DNA of 58,945 nucleotides from a virus (Duplodnaviria > Caudoviricetes), in the IMG/VR virus record IMGVR_UViG_3300027905_000003, positions 1 through 58,945 of that record, one strand, 5' to 3'. Made by a program: the position numbers and the translations under genes. Positions 21,108 to 29,236 of the stretch are shown here, one piece after another; within the stretch, counting starts at the first letter, position 1; each line of letters opens with the position of its first letter. Under the pieces are notes generated by a model. That model ran no database searches. It saw only the letters and a program-made list of their open reading frames with translations, and was not told the DNA's origin.

Positions 21108-21599
21108 GTGAAGGCCAAGGGCGAAGCGGCCAAGGCGAAGAAAGAAGATGACTTGGAGAGCTACATCTTCCGCACGCCGGAAGGCTACATCGGCGTCCCG
21201 TCGCTCTACATCTGCTCGGCGCTGGCCGATGCCGGTCGCTCGATGCAGGACCCGAGATCGCCCCGGAAATCCTTCCGCGATCTCTTGCGCGCGATCTTGA
21301 TCCCCCTCCCCACGCCGGACCACGTATGCCCGTTCTTGCCGGTGACGAAAGAGTGGGAATTTCTGCATAAAGGGCGCGTCGTCGTGCAACGGTCGGCGAT
21401 CACGCGGTCACGGCCGGCGTTCCGCGAGGGATGGCGGATCGCGTTCGATACGCTCATCAATGCCCCCGAGTACTTGCCGCCCGAGCGGTTGGCGGAACTC
21501 ATCAACACGTGCGGGAAACTCAACGGGTTCGCCGATCATCGGCCGAGTTACGGGCGATTCGTGCTGAGTGGATTCGAGACACGAAAATACGACAAGTAG
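21108..21599 (+). CDS. Stand-alone Cas7/RAMP-like protein, N-terminus possibly truncated
   Basis: YIFRTPEGYIGVP, QDPRSPRKS, RVVVQRSAITRSRPAF..GW and a C-terminal Gly-loop GKLNGFADHRPSYGRF. Confidence 0.7.
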   Translation: MKAKGEAAKAKKEDDLESYIFRTPEGYIGVPSLYICSALADAGRSMQDPRSPRKSFRDLLRAILIPLPTPDHVCPFLPVTKEWEFLHKGRVVVQRSAITRSRPAFREGWRIAFDTLINAPEYLPPERLAELINTCGKLNGFADHRPSYGRFVLSGFETRKYDK

Positions 21600-21925
21600 G
21601 CGGGACGGGACGGATGGCGTCGGCGGTCCGGGCCGCGCAGGGCGAAGCGGTTGCGCTGCCGCGCGCGGCGAAGCTGAGTGCCGCGGTGTGGAGAATGGCG
21701 ATGAGTTGCGAGGGATCAGCACAGCGTTGGCTGTCGACGGCGTGCGATGCGGGACGTGGCGACGGGCCGGGAATCGAGGGGCGTGGGGGCACGTGGCCTA
21801 GCCATGGAGTACGAGGCCAAGCAAAGTGCCGGTAAGGCGATCGGGGCGTCGGGCCGCGTGGGGATCGGTGGCGTGGCGGAGGGTTTGCGCAGTGGCGCGA
21901 AGCGATGCGAAGGGGGAGCGGCTAG
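21600..21925 (+). ncRNA. Downstream 5-nt-periodic G-rich array
   Basis: GGGAC GGGAC GGATG GCGTC begins right after the stop codon; 17 of 21 pentamers start with G at 21781-21885. Confidence 0.65.
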
Positions 21926-21959
21926 ACATCTTCTCGGGTTCGACGATAGGTTGGAAGAC

Positions 21960-22532
21960 ATGCCCTACGCCCTCCGGCTCGGATGCTCGACGCCTGGTCA
22001 AGTCCCCTTCCCGATCACCACCCGTCGGATGCACATCGGTTCGGGCGAGCGCGGAAATTGGACGTCGATCGGCGAAGCGCGTGCTGCCATTAACGGGCCG
22101 GAAGGCAGCAGTGATTTCCTCGTGCGCCAGACCGCCGTCGACGTCACGATGGGATGCGCACACGATGACCCGGCGTGTCTCGTGGGTGCGCTCAAGGGTT
22201 TCTTAGGCACCATCCCCTTCATTCCGGATGACCTCGGCAATCAGGAGCTGTTCAAGCCGCGGCTCTCGCTCTTGATCCATCAGGAGGGGCGCCATCGCAT
22301 CTCGTGCTACAGCATCGCGACCTTGGGCGCGGCACTCGCCAAGGCTATCGCACTTCAGCCTGCCTTTATGGTTCTCGCCTTTGAAAACGGGCCGCCGATC
22401 TTCACGCACATCTACGCGATCGCACGGGATGTGGAGAGCGATGAGGGATTCTACGACCTCGATTCGACCAACCGATTTCAGCGGGGATCACGAGCGGCGC
22501 CGATTGCCCGGTGGCGGATGATCCCGATTTAG
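21960..22532 (+). CDS. Transglutaminase-like Cys-His-Asp protein, candidate virion maturation protease
   Basis: ISCYSIATL...FTHIYA...YDLDST has transglutaminase-like triad spacing; the protein starts MPYALRLG. Confidence 0.65.
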   Translation: MPYALRLGCSTPGQVPFPITTRRMHIGSGERGNWTSIGEARAAINGPEGSSDFLVRQTAVDVTMGCAHDDPACLVGALKGFLGTIPFIPDDLGNQELFKPRLSLLIHQEGRHRISCYSIATLGAALAKAIALQPAFMVLAFENGPPIFTHIYAIARDVESDEGFYDLDSTNRFQRGSRAAPIARWRMIPI

Positions 22533-22540
22533 GAGGGAGT

Positions 22541-22981
22541 ATGCAGGAAGAAAAAGACATGACCCTCGACGAAGCGGAAGCCCGCCACGAGGAGGTCATG
22601 TTGGAGATGGCGGGCATCAAGGCGCAGATCGCCGCCGCGAAGGCGCACGTGCACACCACGGGGGAGTACGCCGACGCCGGGTGGTTCGCCAAGGCGTCAA
22701 GCGCGCTCCGGTACAAGCAAGCCGAGCATCAACGTCTTCAACTGCTCTGCGGCCGGTTGCGGCGGGAGGAGAAACGGAATGGCGTCCGGCCGAATCTTGA
22801 GGCAAGGCGCGAACGCGCCATCAAGGGCAAATTTCACGAACTGGTGCGAGACGAACTGGGCGACGAACTGTACGAGTGGATGTGGGAGGAAGCGCGGCGA
22901 CTCGTGGCGGCATCGCCACCGGACGACGACAACGATGGCTACGAGTTCGCGATCGAGAACCGAATTGCCGGTGGCGGATGA
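22541..22981 (+). CDS. Hypothetical coiled-coil protein
   Basis: Strong RBS AGGAGGGAG before ATG 22541. Confidence 0.65.
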   Translation: MQEEKDMTLDEAEARHEEVMLEMAGIKAQIAAAKAHVHTTGEYADAGWFAKASSALRYKQAEHQRLQLLCGRLRREEKRNGVRPNLEARRERAIKGKFHELVRDELGDELYEWMWEEARRLVAASPPDDDNDGYEFAIENRIAGGG

Positions 22982-24008
22982 TCCCGGTATGACCACCAAG
23001 TACGTCACGATTCCCGTACTCGACCGGGAGCACAATGTCCGGTTGGGGGAATCTCTCTTGGTGCACGCGGTGCGATGCTTCGTGGTCTCTTTCTGGCCCT
23101 GATCGGTTGTCGTGTGCGCACGGCATCATGAACTAGGACAGCGTTCCGAGTCGTATCGCCCCGCCTCTCCCATTATCAACGGGTGCGTCTCATTTAAAGA
23201 CAAGCGTCGGATCTTGGCGATACAGAAACGACTGGCGCACTATGTCCTCAATCCGCAATCGCAATGAACCGCTTCGATCGGGCCATCCTCTGGCTGGCGG
23301 ACCGGATGCCGATGAGTCTCGCGCTTGGCGGCCCGATGGGATTCGCGTGGGGATTCGTGTGCAGTCTCCTCTTGCCTCGTGTCGTGCCGCGTAACGGCAC
23401 CGGCCACTGGATCGGCTACGCGCTCATGCTTGTCTCGGGGTTTCTCTTTGGCATGGCGGGCGGACGGTGGCAAACCCGCTGGATGCACCGACTCGGCATC
23501 GACCGCTGCACGGACTGCTTTCGCATCGGCCGCTGGGCGATCCGCGTCGTCTGTCGTGCTGATGATTCACTGGCGATCCCGGAACCGCCTCCTTCGTGGC
23601 AAGGCGGATGCTGGTGCCAGCGACACGCCATGGTACATCTCCTGAAATTAATCGGACCGTATCACAACGAGGTCTCCCTCGTGCCGTATGATCGGAACTG
23701 GGGACGGCTGGTGAATGAAGAAAGGGAGCGACGGGGCGCATGAGTGTTTCGGTTGAGGAGCAAATCGATCGGCTGATCCGGCAACGGGATGGCGCGCGGC
23801 AGACCGTGCTGTCGATCGTGCGCGATATCGAGAGCCTTCGCGCGGATCTCGGGGGCGCCATCTTCGGGGATCAGTTCCACGGCCACGTCATGTGGTGCGA
23901 GAACTGCGGATTGCCGGCTCGCTCGCTCGCGTATCAGGCCAATCGGGGGATCGCCGTGTGCCGGCGATGCGTCCTGCCGACGGATTCGGTGCAGCCAACG
24001 ACTTGACG

Positions 24009-24803
24009 ATGGCTCGGGATGTCCTGCTATCCATCCTCGGGATTCTCATTGCCTTGGCCCAGGCGATCACCGAGGCGGATGCGTGGCCGGGATGGCTCCG
24101 TGGCGACAGCACTAACGAGAGGTCGGGGCCTGCAGTCGCCTATCTCCCGCCAATCATCCCGTATCGCCCGACCCCACTTCTATTCCCCTTCACCGGGATC
24201 TCGGATGCCCAACGGCAGGAGAAAGTCTACGGATATTACCAAATGGGCATGACGAACCCCGGATCTCCCTCATCAGTCGCCGCCCTGCGCACGCTGCACG
24301 CCATCGCCACCAATGGCCATGATCCAACCTTCGGGCGAAGGCAGAATAATCCCATCTCGACGAGAGTCTACGCGCACTGCGCGCTCGCCACGCTCGCGGT
24401 CGATGGTTGGCATGGAGCGGCAGTGGGTGCCCCTGAGTATCTGGGCAATTACGATCATCCCGCGCCGGGCCGGGCGGGGTTCACGGCGGCAGCGCTGGGC
24501 AAAATGTTGGGGCCGTACGGGATCAAGTCACGGACAATCCGCATCGGCGCGGAGACGGCGAAGGGCTACTACCTCAAGGACTTTGAGGACGCATTCAAGC
24601 GCTACGCTTCGGGTCAGGGCGTCACAGCCGTCACATCGTTGCCGGGCAACGCGTTGGACGGAGACACAGCCGTCACATCGCGAGAGGATGTGACGGCGTC
24701 TCCACGTCGTAAGCCCGTGACGTCAAAGCCTGTGTCGGCTGTGACGGCTGCGAGCAATGGCCGCGTCGGAAATCCCCCAGCGAACGTCGAGGAAAGGCTG
24801 TGA
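24009..24803 (+). CDS. Chimera: virion-protein paralogue domain fused to a DUF3631-like C-terminal fragment
   Basis: DAQRQEKVYGYY...GW matches 26625-27587. It is followed by LGKMLGPYGIKSRTIRIG...KGYYLKDFEDAFKRY. Confidence 0.65.
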   Translation: MARDVLLSILGILIALAQAITEADAWPGWLRGDSTNERSGPAVAYLPPIIPYRPTPLLFPFTGISDAQRQEKVYGYYQMGMTNPGSPSSVAALRTLHAIATNGHDPTFGRRQNNPISTRVYAHCALATLAVDGWHGAAVGAPEYLGNYDHPAPGRAGFTAAALGKMLGPYGIKSRTIRIGAETAKGYYLKDFEDAFKRYASGQGVTAVTSLPGNALDGDTAVTSREDVTASPRRKPVTSKPVSAVTAASNGRVGNPPANVEERL

Positions 24804-25369
24804 CCGGCCCCGAAATCGTAGCCCCGAACAGCCGCATTCGTGTTCGCGGTCGAGCCGGCGATTCGTCGCTGGCCTTCGCAACTCTTCGACGGGTGAGACT
24901 GTAGTGTTTCATTCGATCCGCACGCAGTTGGCGCAGTCGGGCTTTAACCGCGATGAGCCGCTGCTCTGGGGCGAGCGCACGCAGTCCGGTTGGTCGGTGT
25001 TCTTTAACCGCGAAGGCGTGGTCACGGCCTGGGCCAACCGGTGGAATACGGCCTGCCGGTTCTCGTTGGAGATCACCTTCGATCGGTCACACTATCTGCG
25101 CGGAAGACCAGGGTTCTGCCTGCATGCGTGGTTCTGGCGGTACCATGCTGCCCTCTACATCGGCGCTCGCCGCACAGGTGCCATCTCGCGCAAAGCGCAG
25201 CGTCGTGCGCGCCGTACCGGCACCTTGACAAACAACTCATCGTTCATCCACTAATTCATTCGTCCCCACGCCGCGGTGGCGTTGGTTGACGGGCCCGTCG
25301 CCTTAAGTGAGCGGAGCGTCACAGCTCTAGACTCCAGCGGACGCCCAAGCAGTCAGTTGAGCGCGCGTC

Positions 25370-26017
25370 CTGCCCTACGGCGGCCAGCAGTCCCACGTCT
25401 CTCAGAACGGCACCCGTCCGAACAACGCGTATGCGCCGGACGGGTCTGGTCGTCGGACGCTCCCAAATAGAGTCTGGGTCGACGGAGACCAACGCGAAGC
25501 ATCCCGCGCCCGCGCCCCGCGATTCGGATCGCTCGCCTCGGCCTTTACTCCGCCCATCCCGCAGACGGGCAAGATCGCCCCAGGCGCCAAGCGCCCTGAT
25601 CCACGCAAAGATGCCTTAGGTCCCGAAGCGGGCTTCGCCAAGAAGCGGCAGGACGCGAGCCGGATGGGGAGAGCCTCGACGGCCGTGGTCAAGAGCCGAG
25701 CCATGATTGCGGGCGAGCTCTATGACGAGCACGGGAAGCCGATCGCGGCGGTCATCGATGCGACCCCCGCCTCGCGCAACGGGTCGGGTGGGTCCGGCGG
25801 CGGCGCTCGGTTGGGTCTCGCACCGGTCGCGACGCCCGGCCCGCGTCCGCTCACGCTGCCCAAAATCCCGACCTGGGGCTGGGTCGCCATCGCGGCCGCG
25901 GTAGGCCTTGGCGCCTACGCCGTCTTCGGGGATGACGTCGGCGGATCGGACGAATACGACGATGAGGATCTCGATGACGTCGACGTCGACGAGCCCGGGT
26001 CGATCGTGGCCGCATGA
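25370..26017 (+). CDS. Putative virion membrane protein with probable CTG start (M)PYGGQQ
   Basis: Frame is open from CTG 25370 through the annotated ORF 25664-26017. RFG and RLG motifs, TM WGWVAIAAAVGLGAYAVF, acidic tail. Confidence 0.6.
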   Translation: MPYGGQQSHVSQNGTRPNNAYAPDGSGRRTLPNRVWVDGDQREASRARAPRFGSLASAFTPPIPQTGKIAPGAKRPDPRKDALGPEAGFAKKRQDASRMGRASTAVVKSRAMIAGELYDEHGKPIAAVIDATPASRNGSGGSGGGARLGLAPVATPGPRPLTLPKIPTWGWVAIAAAVGLGAYAVFGDDVGGSDEYDDEDLDDVDVDEPGSIVAA

Positions 26018-26625
26018 GCTACGATCCCTCGCGCGCGGGCAGCGGCTTGCGCCTCTACCGGGGTCCCGATCTCCGCTCCCGCGTCACCCGGTTCGGCCAG
26101 GGCCTGGCGTTCAAGGCGCCGACCATTCTGTCCGCCAAGATGCTGGCGCCGGCGCCCGTCGCGCCCAAGCCCGCCGTGACGCTCAAGCCGGTGACCACGA
26201 CGACGCCATTCAAGCCCTTCGTCCTGCCCCCGACCATCGCCATCAACACGCCGTCGTTGCCCGGTCTCCCGGGTTTTCATATCACGCTGCCCACGGCGCC
26301 GACGCAGCCGCCGCCCACGATCACGATGACGCCGGCCCTCCCGCCTCTCACTGGCAGCAGCCCCGGCGTCCCGCTCACCGGCGGCCCATCGACGCCATCG
26401 AGCGGCGGTGCGCCTCCGACATCACTCGGCCCCTCGAACGTGCCGCCGATCTCGGATGGGTCGCCGGCTCCCCAACCCACGAGCACTGATGGCGGCGGCG
26501 GTGGGATCTCGGCTGCACCTGTCTTGAGCGCCGCAGCACCGGCCGCGGGCTTCCCATTGAACACGCTGCTGTTCCTGGCCCTGGGAGCCGTTGGCGTCTA
26601 CCTCCTCGCCACGAGTCACCACTAA
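26014..26625 (+). CDS. Pro/Thr-rich putative virion membrane protein
   Basis: RFGQ motif and C-terminal TM LLFLALGAVGVYLL. Confidence 0.75.
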   Translation: MSYDPSRAGSGLRLYRGPDLRSRVTRFGQGLAFKAPTILSAKMLAPAPVAPKPAVTLKPVTTTTPFKPFVLPPTIAINTPSLPGLPGFHITLPTAPTQPPPTITMTPALPPLTGSSPGVPLTGGPSTPSSGGAPPTSLGPSNVPPISDGSPAPQPTSTDGGGGGISAAPVLSAAAPAAGFPLNTLLFLALGAVGVYLLATSHH

Positions 26626-27587
26626 TGCCCTACGGGAACCAGAGCGCGAGCACGGGATCCTTCAGTGCCGTCCGGCGGGTGAATACCCCGTACGATCTGG
26701 GCGCACTCGATGCGAGAAGCTTGCTCGCCATGCGCGGGCGCTTGGGCGCGGTGCAATCGATGGCGACCACGGGTGTCGAAGCTCCGCCAGCCATGCCGCA
26801 CGGGATTACTCCGGCGTCGCACCACTACCCGCCGATGCGGGCGTTGAACCGGGTACCCCGACAAGGGTTCTCGCGGACGGCGTTCGCTCCCGGCGCTGAT
26901 GGCGTCCGCGCGTTCTATGCGATGCGCGGTCGGCTGGGTGAGACCTTGACCATGCGGTCGAGCCGCTATCCCTCGCGCACGGGTGCGCCGGGCTCGCTCA
27001 TGCGCGCGCCGATCGCGGGACGCTACGTCGCGAACGGTGGGCGACGCTTGGGTCAGGTCGCCGAGATCGCGACGGCGGCCACGAGCCTGGTCCCGGTGAT
27101 CACGACCATTCAAGGACTCTTCGGTCCCGGTGCATCAGGGGCAGACGCCGAGCGCCAAGCCAAGGTCTACAGCTACTACGAAGGCGCGATGACCGCGCCG
27201 GGCTCCGTGTCATCGGTCGATGATGTCATCACGTTAGCCGCCATCAGTACCAACGGCTACGACATCACCCAGAAGATCCAGCAGAACAACCCGCAGATCA
27301 CAAGAACGTACGCCCAGCAGGCGTTGCAGGAGCTGTCGTCTCAAGGCTGGATCAACGTCAACACGAGTAGCCCCAAGTACACCGGGATCGGGGCCTCGGG
27401 CGTGGTCTACAAGCCCACCGGGACCACGGGCTTGAACACCGAGGCGGCAGTCTCGCAGAGCGCACTGCCCGCGGGGAATACCGCAGCGCTAGGCGGGACG
27501 GCGGGTGGGTCGAGCACCACGCTCTTGCTCTTGGCCGCACTCGGCATCGGCGGCTTCCTCATTCTCCGGCAACGGGAGCACCACTAG
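26625..27587 (+). CDS. Putative virion membrane protein
   Basis: MPYG start; RLGA, RLGE and RLGQ; C-terminal TM LLLLAALGIGGFLIL. Confidence 0.8.
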   Translation: MPYGNQSASTGSFSAVRRVNTPYDLGALDARSLLAMRGRLGAVQSMATTGVEAPPAMPHGITPASHHYPPMRALNRVPRQGFSRTAFAPGADGVRAFYAMRGRLGETLTMRSSRYPSRTGAPGSLMRAPIAGRYVANGGRRLGQVAEIATAATSLVPVITTIQGLFGPGASGADAERQAKVYSYYEGAMTAPGSVSSVDDVITLAAISTNGYDITQKIQQNNPQITRTYAQQALQELSSQGWINVNTSSPKYTGIGASGVVYKPTGTTGLNTEAAVSQSALPAGNTAALGGTAGGSSTTLLLLAALGIGGFLILRQREHH

Positions 27588-27588
27588 C

Positions 27589-27876
27589 ATGCCCTACTTC
27601 CCCGGTGGCGGCGGCGTCGCCTACCAAGCGCCCCATGTGTTCTATCGCCAGCCTGCGCGCGGGACGCGCGGCCGATTGGGCCAGAGCTTGTCCGACATCT
27701 TAGGCATCGTCTCGGATGTCGCGGGGACGGTGAGCGATGACACGAGCTCGCCGAGCTCGTACTACGCCGCGCCGCCCGCGCCGGCGCCCGCCCCCGCGAC
27801 GGGGATCTCGTCGACCACGCTGCTCTTGGGTGCGGCCGTGGTTGGTGGGCTCATCTACTTCGGCACGAAGAAGTAG
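27589..27876 (+). CDS. Small putative virion membrane protein
   Basis: MPYF start, RLGQ, C-terminal TM ending in KK. Confidence 0.75.
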   Translation: MPYFPGGGGVAYQAPHVFYRQPARGTRGRLGQSLSDILGIVSDVAGTVSDDTSSPSSYYAAPPAPAPAPATGISSTTLLLGAAVVGGLIYFGTKK

Positions 27877-27880
27877 CGCC

Positions 27881-28516
27881 ATGGTCACCCACACGGTGTT
27901 GGCGCCGTTGACGGCCGCGATCGGGCGAGCGCATGGCCGCTTTGGGCAGTCGCACCACTATCCGCAGCCCGTGGCGGCTCGCGTCATCGGGACGTCAGGG
28001 AATGCCGCGCTCTCCCGTACGGCGTATGGCGTGGATCCCTACGTCACGTATCAGCAGGCGTACACGGGACGGTTCGCGGGACATCACTATCCGCGTCCGC
28101 GCATGGGGACCGTGCAGTGGCGCGGCGTCCGGTGGGCCGGACCGCGGCTCGGGCAGAACGTATTCACGGATCTCTACAACGCCGCGGTCAACGCGGGCGA
28201 GAACATCGCGGGCGGGTTGCCGATCAATGCGCCGAACGCGGGGGGCGGATCGGTGACGATCGCGCAGCCGTTCGTGGCGCAAAATGACTTCACGTTGCCA
28301 GATGGAACGCAAGTGGTGGCTGGCCAAACCGTCACGCCGGCTATGGCGAACGCCTACGTGAATGCCCAGGGCCAAGATCAGTCGACGCCCGATCCCACGG
28401 CCGGACAGACGCCCGGTCAGCAGTTGCAGCAGGCCGCGGCGGATGCCGGCCCGGGCGGGCTCCTCATCTTCGCCGGCATCGCAGCCGTGGGCCTCTTCTT
28501 CCTGCTCAAGAAATGA
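27881..28516 (+). CDS. Putative virion membrane protein
   Basis: RFGQ, RMGT, RLGQ and two HHYP motifs; C-terminal TM ending in KK. Confidence 0.75.
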   Translation: MVTHTVLAPLTAAIGRAHGRFGQSHHYPQPVAARVIGTSGNAALSRTAYGVDPYVTYQQAYTGRFAGHHYPRPRMGTVQWRGVRWAGPRLGQNVFTDLYNAAVNAGENIAGGLPINAPNAGGGSVTIAQPFVAQNDFTLPDGTQVVAGQTVTPAMANAYVNAQGQDQSTPDPTAGQTPGQQLQQAAADAGPGGLLIFAGIAAVGLFFLLKK

Positions 28517-28875
28517 CCGCGACGATGGCGAACCCCTCCCGGTCGATTCTCCTCTCGCGCGCCGCCGAGGACATCACCTTCTTGGCGCTTCGCGACGGGA
28601 AGAAGCGGACGCATCGCTTCCCAGCGGACGCCGTCCGCATCCGGCTCGCCGGCGACATGACCGTGCACCTCTCGCGGACCGATGGGGTGGCCGTGTTTCC
28701 GCAAGAGCCCTCAGGGCTCTTGTCGAAGGAAGTCGTGCAGCTCCGCTACCGCCATGAAGAAGATGGCGAGGACTACTTCCACGACTTCGATCCTGGCGTC
28801 TCGCTCATCGTGACGGGCAAGAGAGCCCATCTCTATCGCCCCGATGGGAAGCCCCTCTGGGGACGGTTCGACTGA
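28513..28875 (+). CDS. Hypothetical structural-region protein
   Basis: ANP near the N-terminus; YRHEEDGEDYFHDF. Confidence 0.65.
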   Translation: MTATMANPSRSILLSRAAEDITFLALRDGKKRTHRFPADAVRIRLAGDMTVHLSRTDGVAVFPQEPSGLLSKEVVQLRYRHEEDGEDYFHDFDPGVSLIVTGKRAHLYRPDGKPLWGRFD

Positions 28876-28876
28876 T

Positions 28877-29233
28877 GTGGACCCAAGACCTCTTTTCCGC
28901 CTGGTGCATTGCCCTCTGGCTGATCGCGAGCACGCAGCCTCGCTACGCCAGTACGCGCACGTCTTCCACCGGACGAACGTCATCTGCGTCGCATCCGCGT
29001 TCGCAGGTCTCCCGGAGACGCACCAGCTCGGGATCGCGCTCCACGAAGTCGGCCACGTCTTGGCGGGAGAGCGGGCGAGCGAGCGCGCGGCCACCCGAGC
29101 GGTCGAGCGGGAGAGCGGCATCCGCATCGAGTATCTCGACTCGTCGTTGCACGGCGACGCATTGGAATGGATCGCCGTCCGCGACAAGCGCCAGGCCATC
29201 GCGTTCCTCCGCGACTTCATCCGCGAGGAGTGA
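28877..29233 (+). CDS. Small HExxH (zincin-like) protein
   Basis: IALHEVGHVL with a downstream Glu; GTG start just after the upstream stop. Confidence 0.55.
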   Translation: MDPRPLFRLVHCPLADREHAASLRQYAHVFHRTNVICVASAFAGLPETHQLGIALHEVGHVLAGERASERAATRAVERESGIRIEYLDSSLHGDALEWIAVRDKRQAIAFLRDFIREE

Positions 29234-29236
29234 GTG

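Noticed and set aside
24009-27587. Diversity-generating retroelement TR/VR pair
   Set aside because: Similarity is protein-level paralogy, differences are not confined to adenines, and no reverse transcriptase is present.
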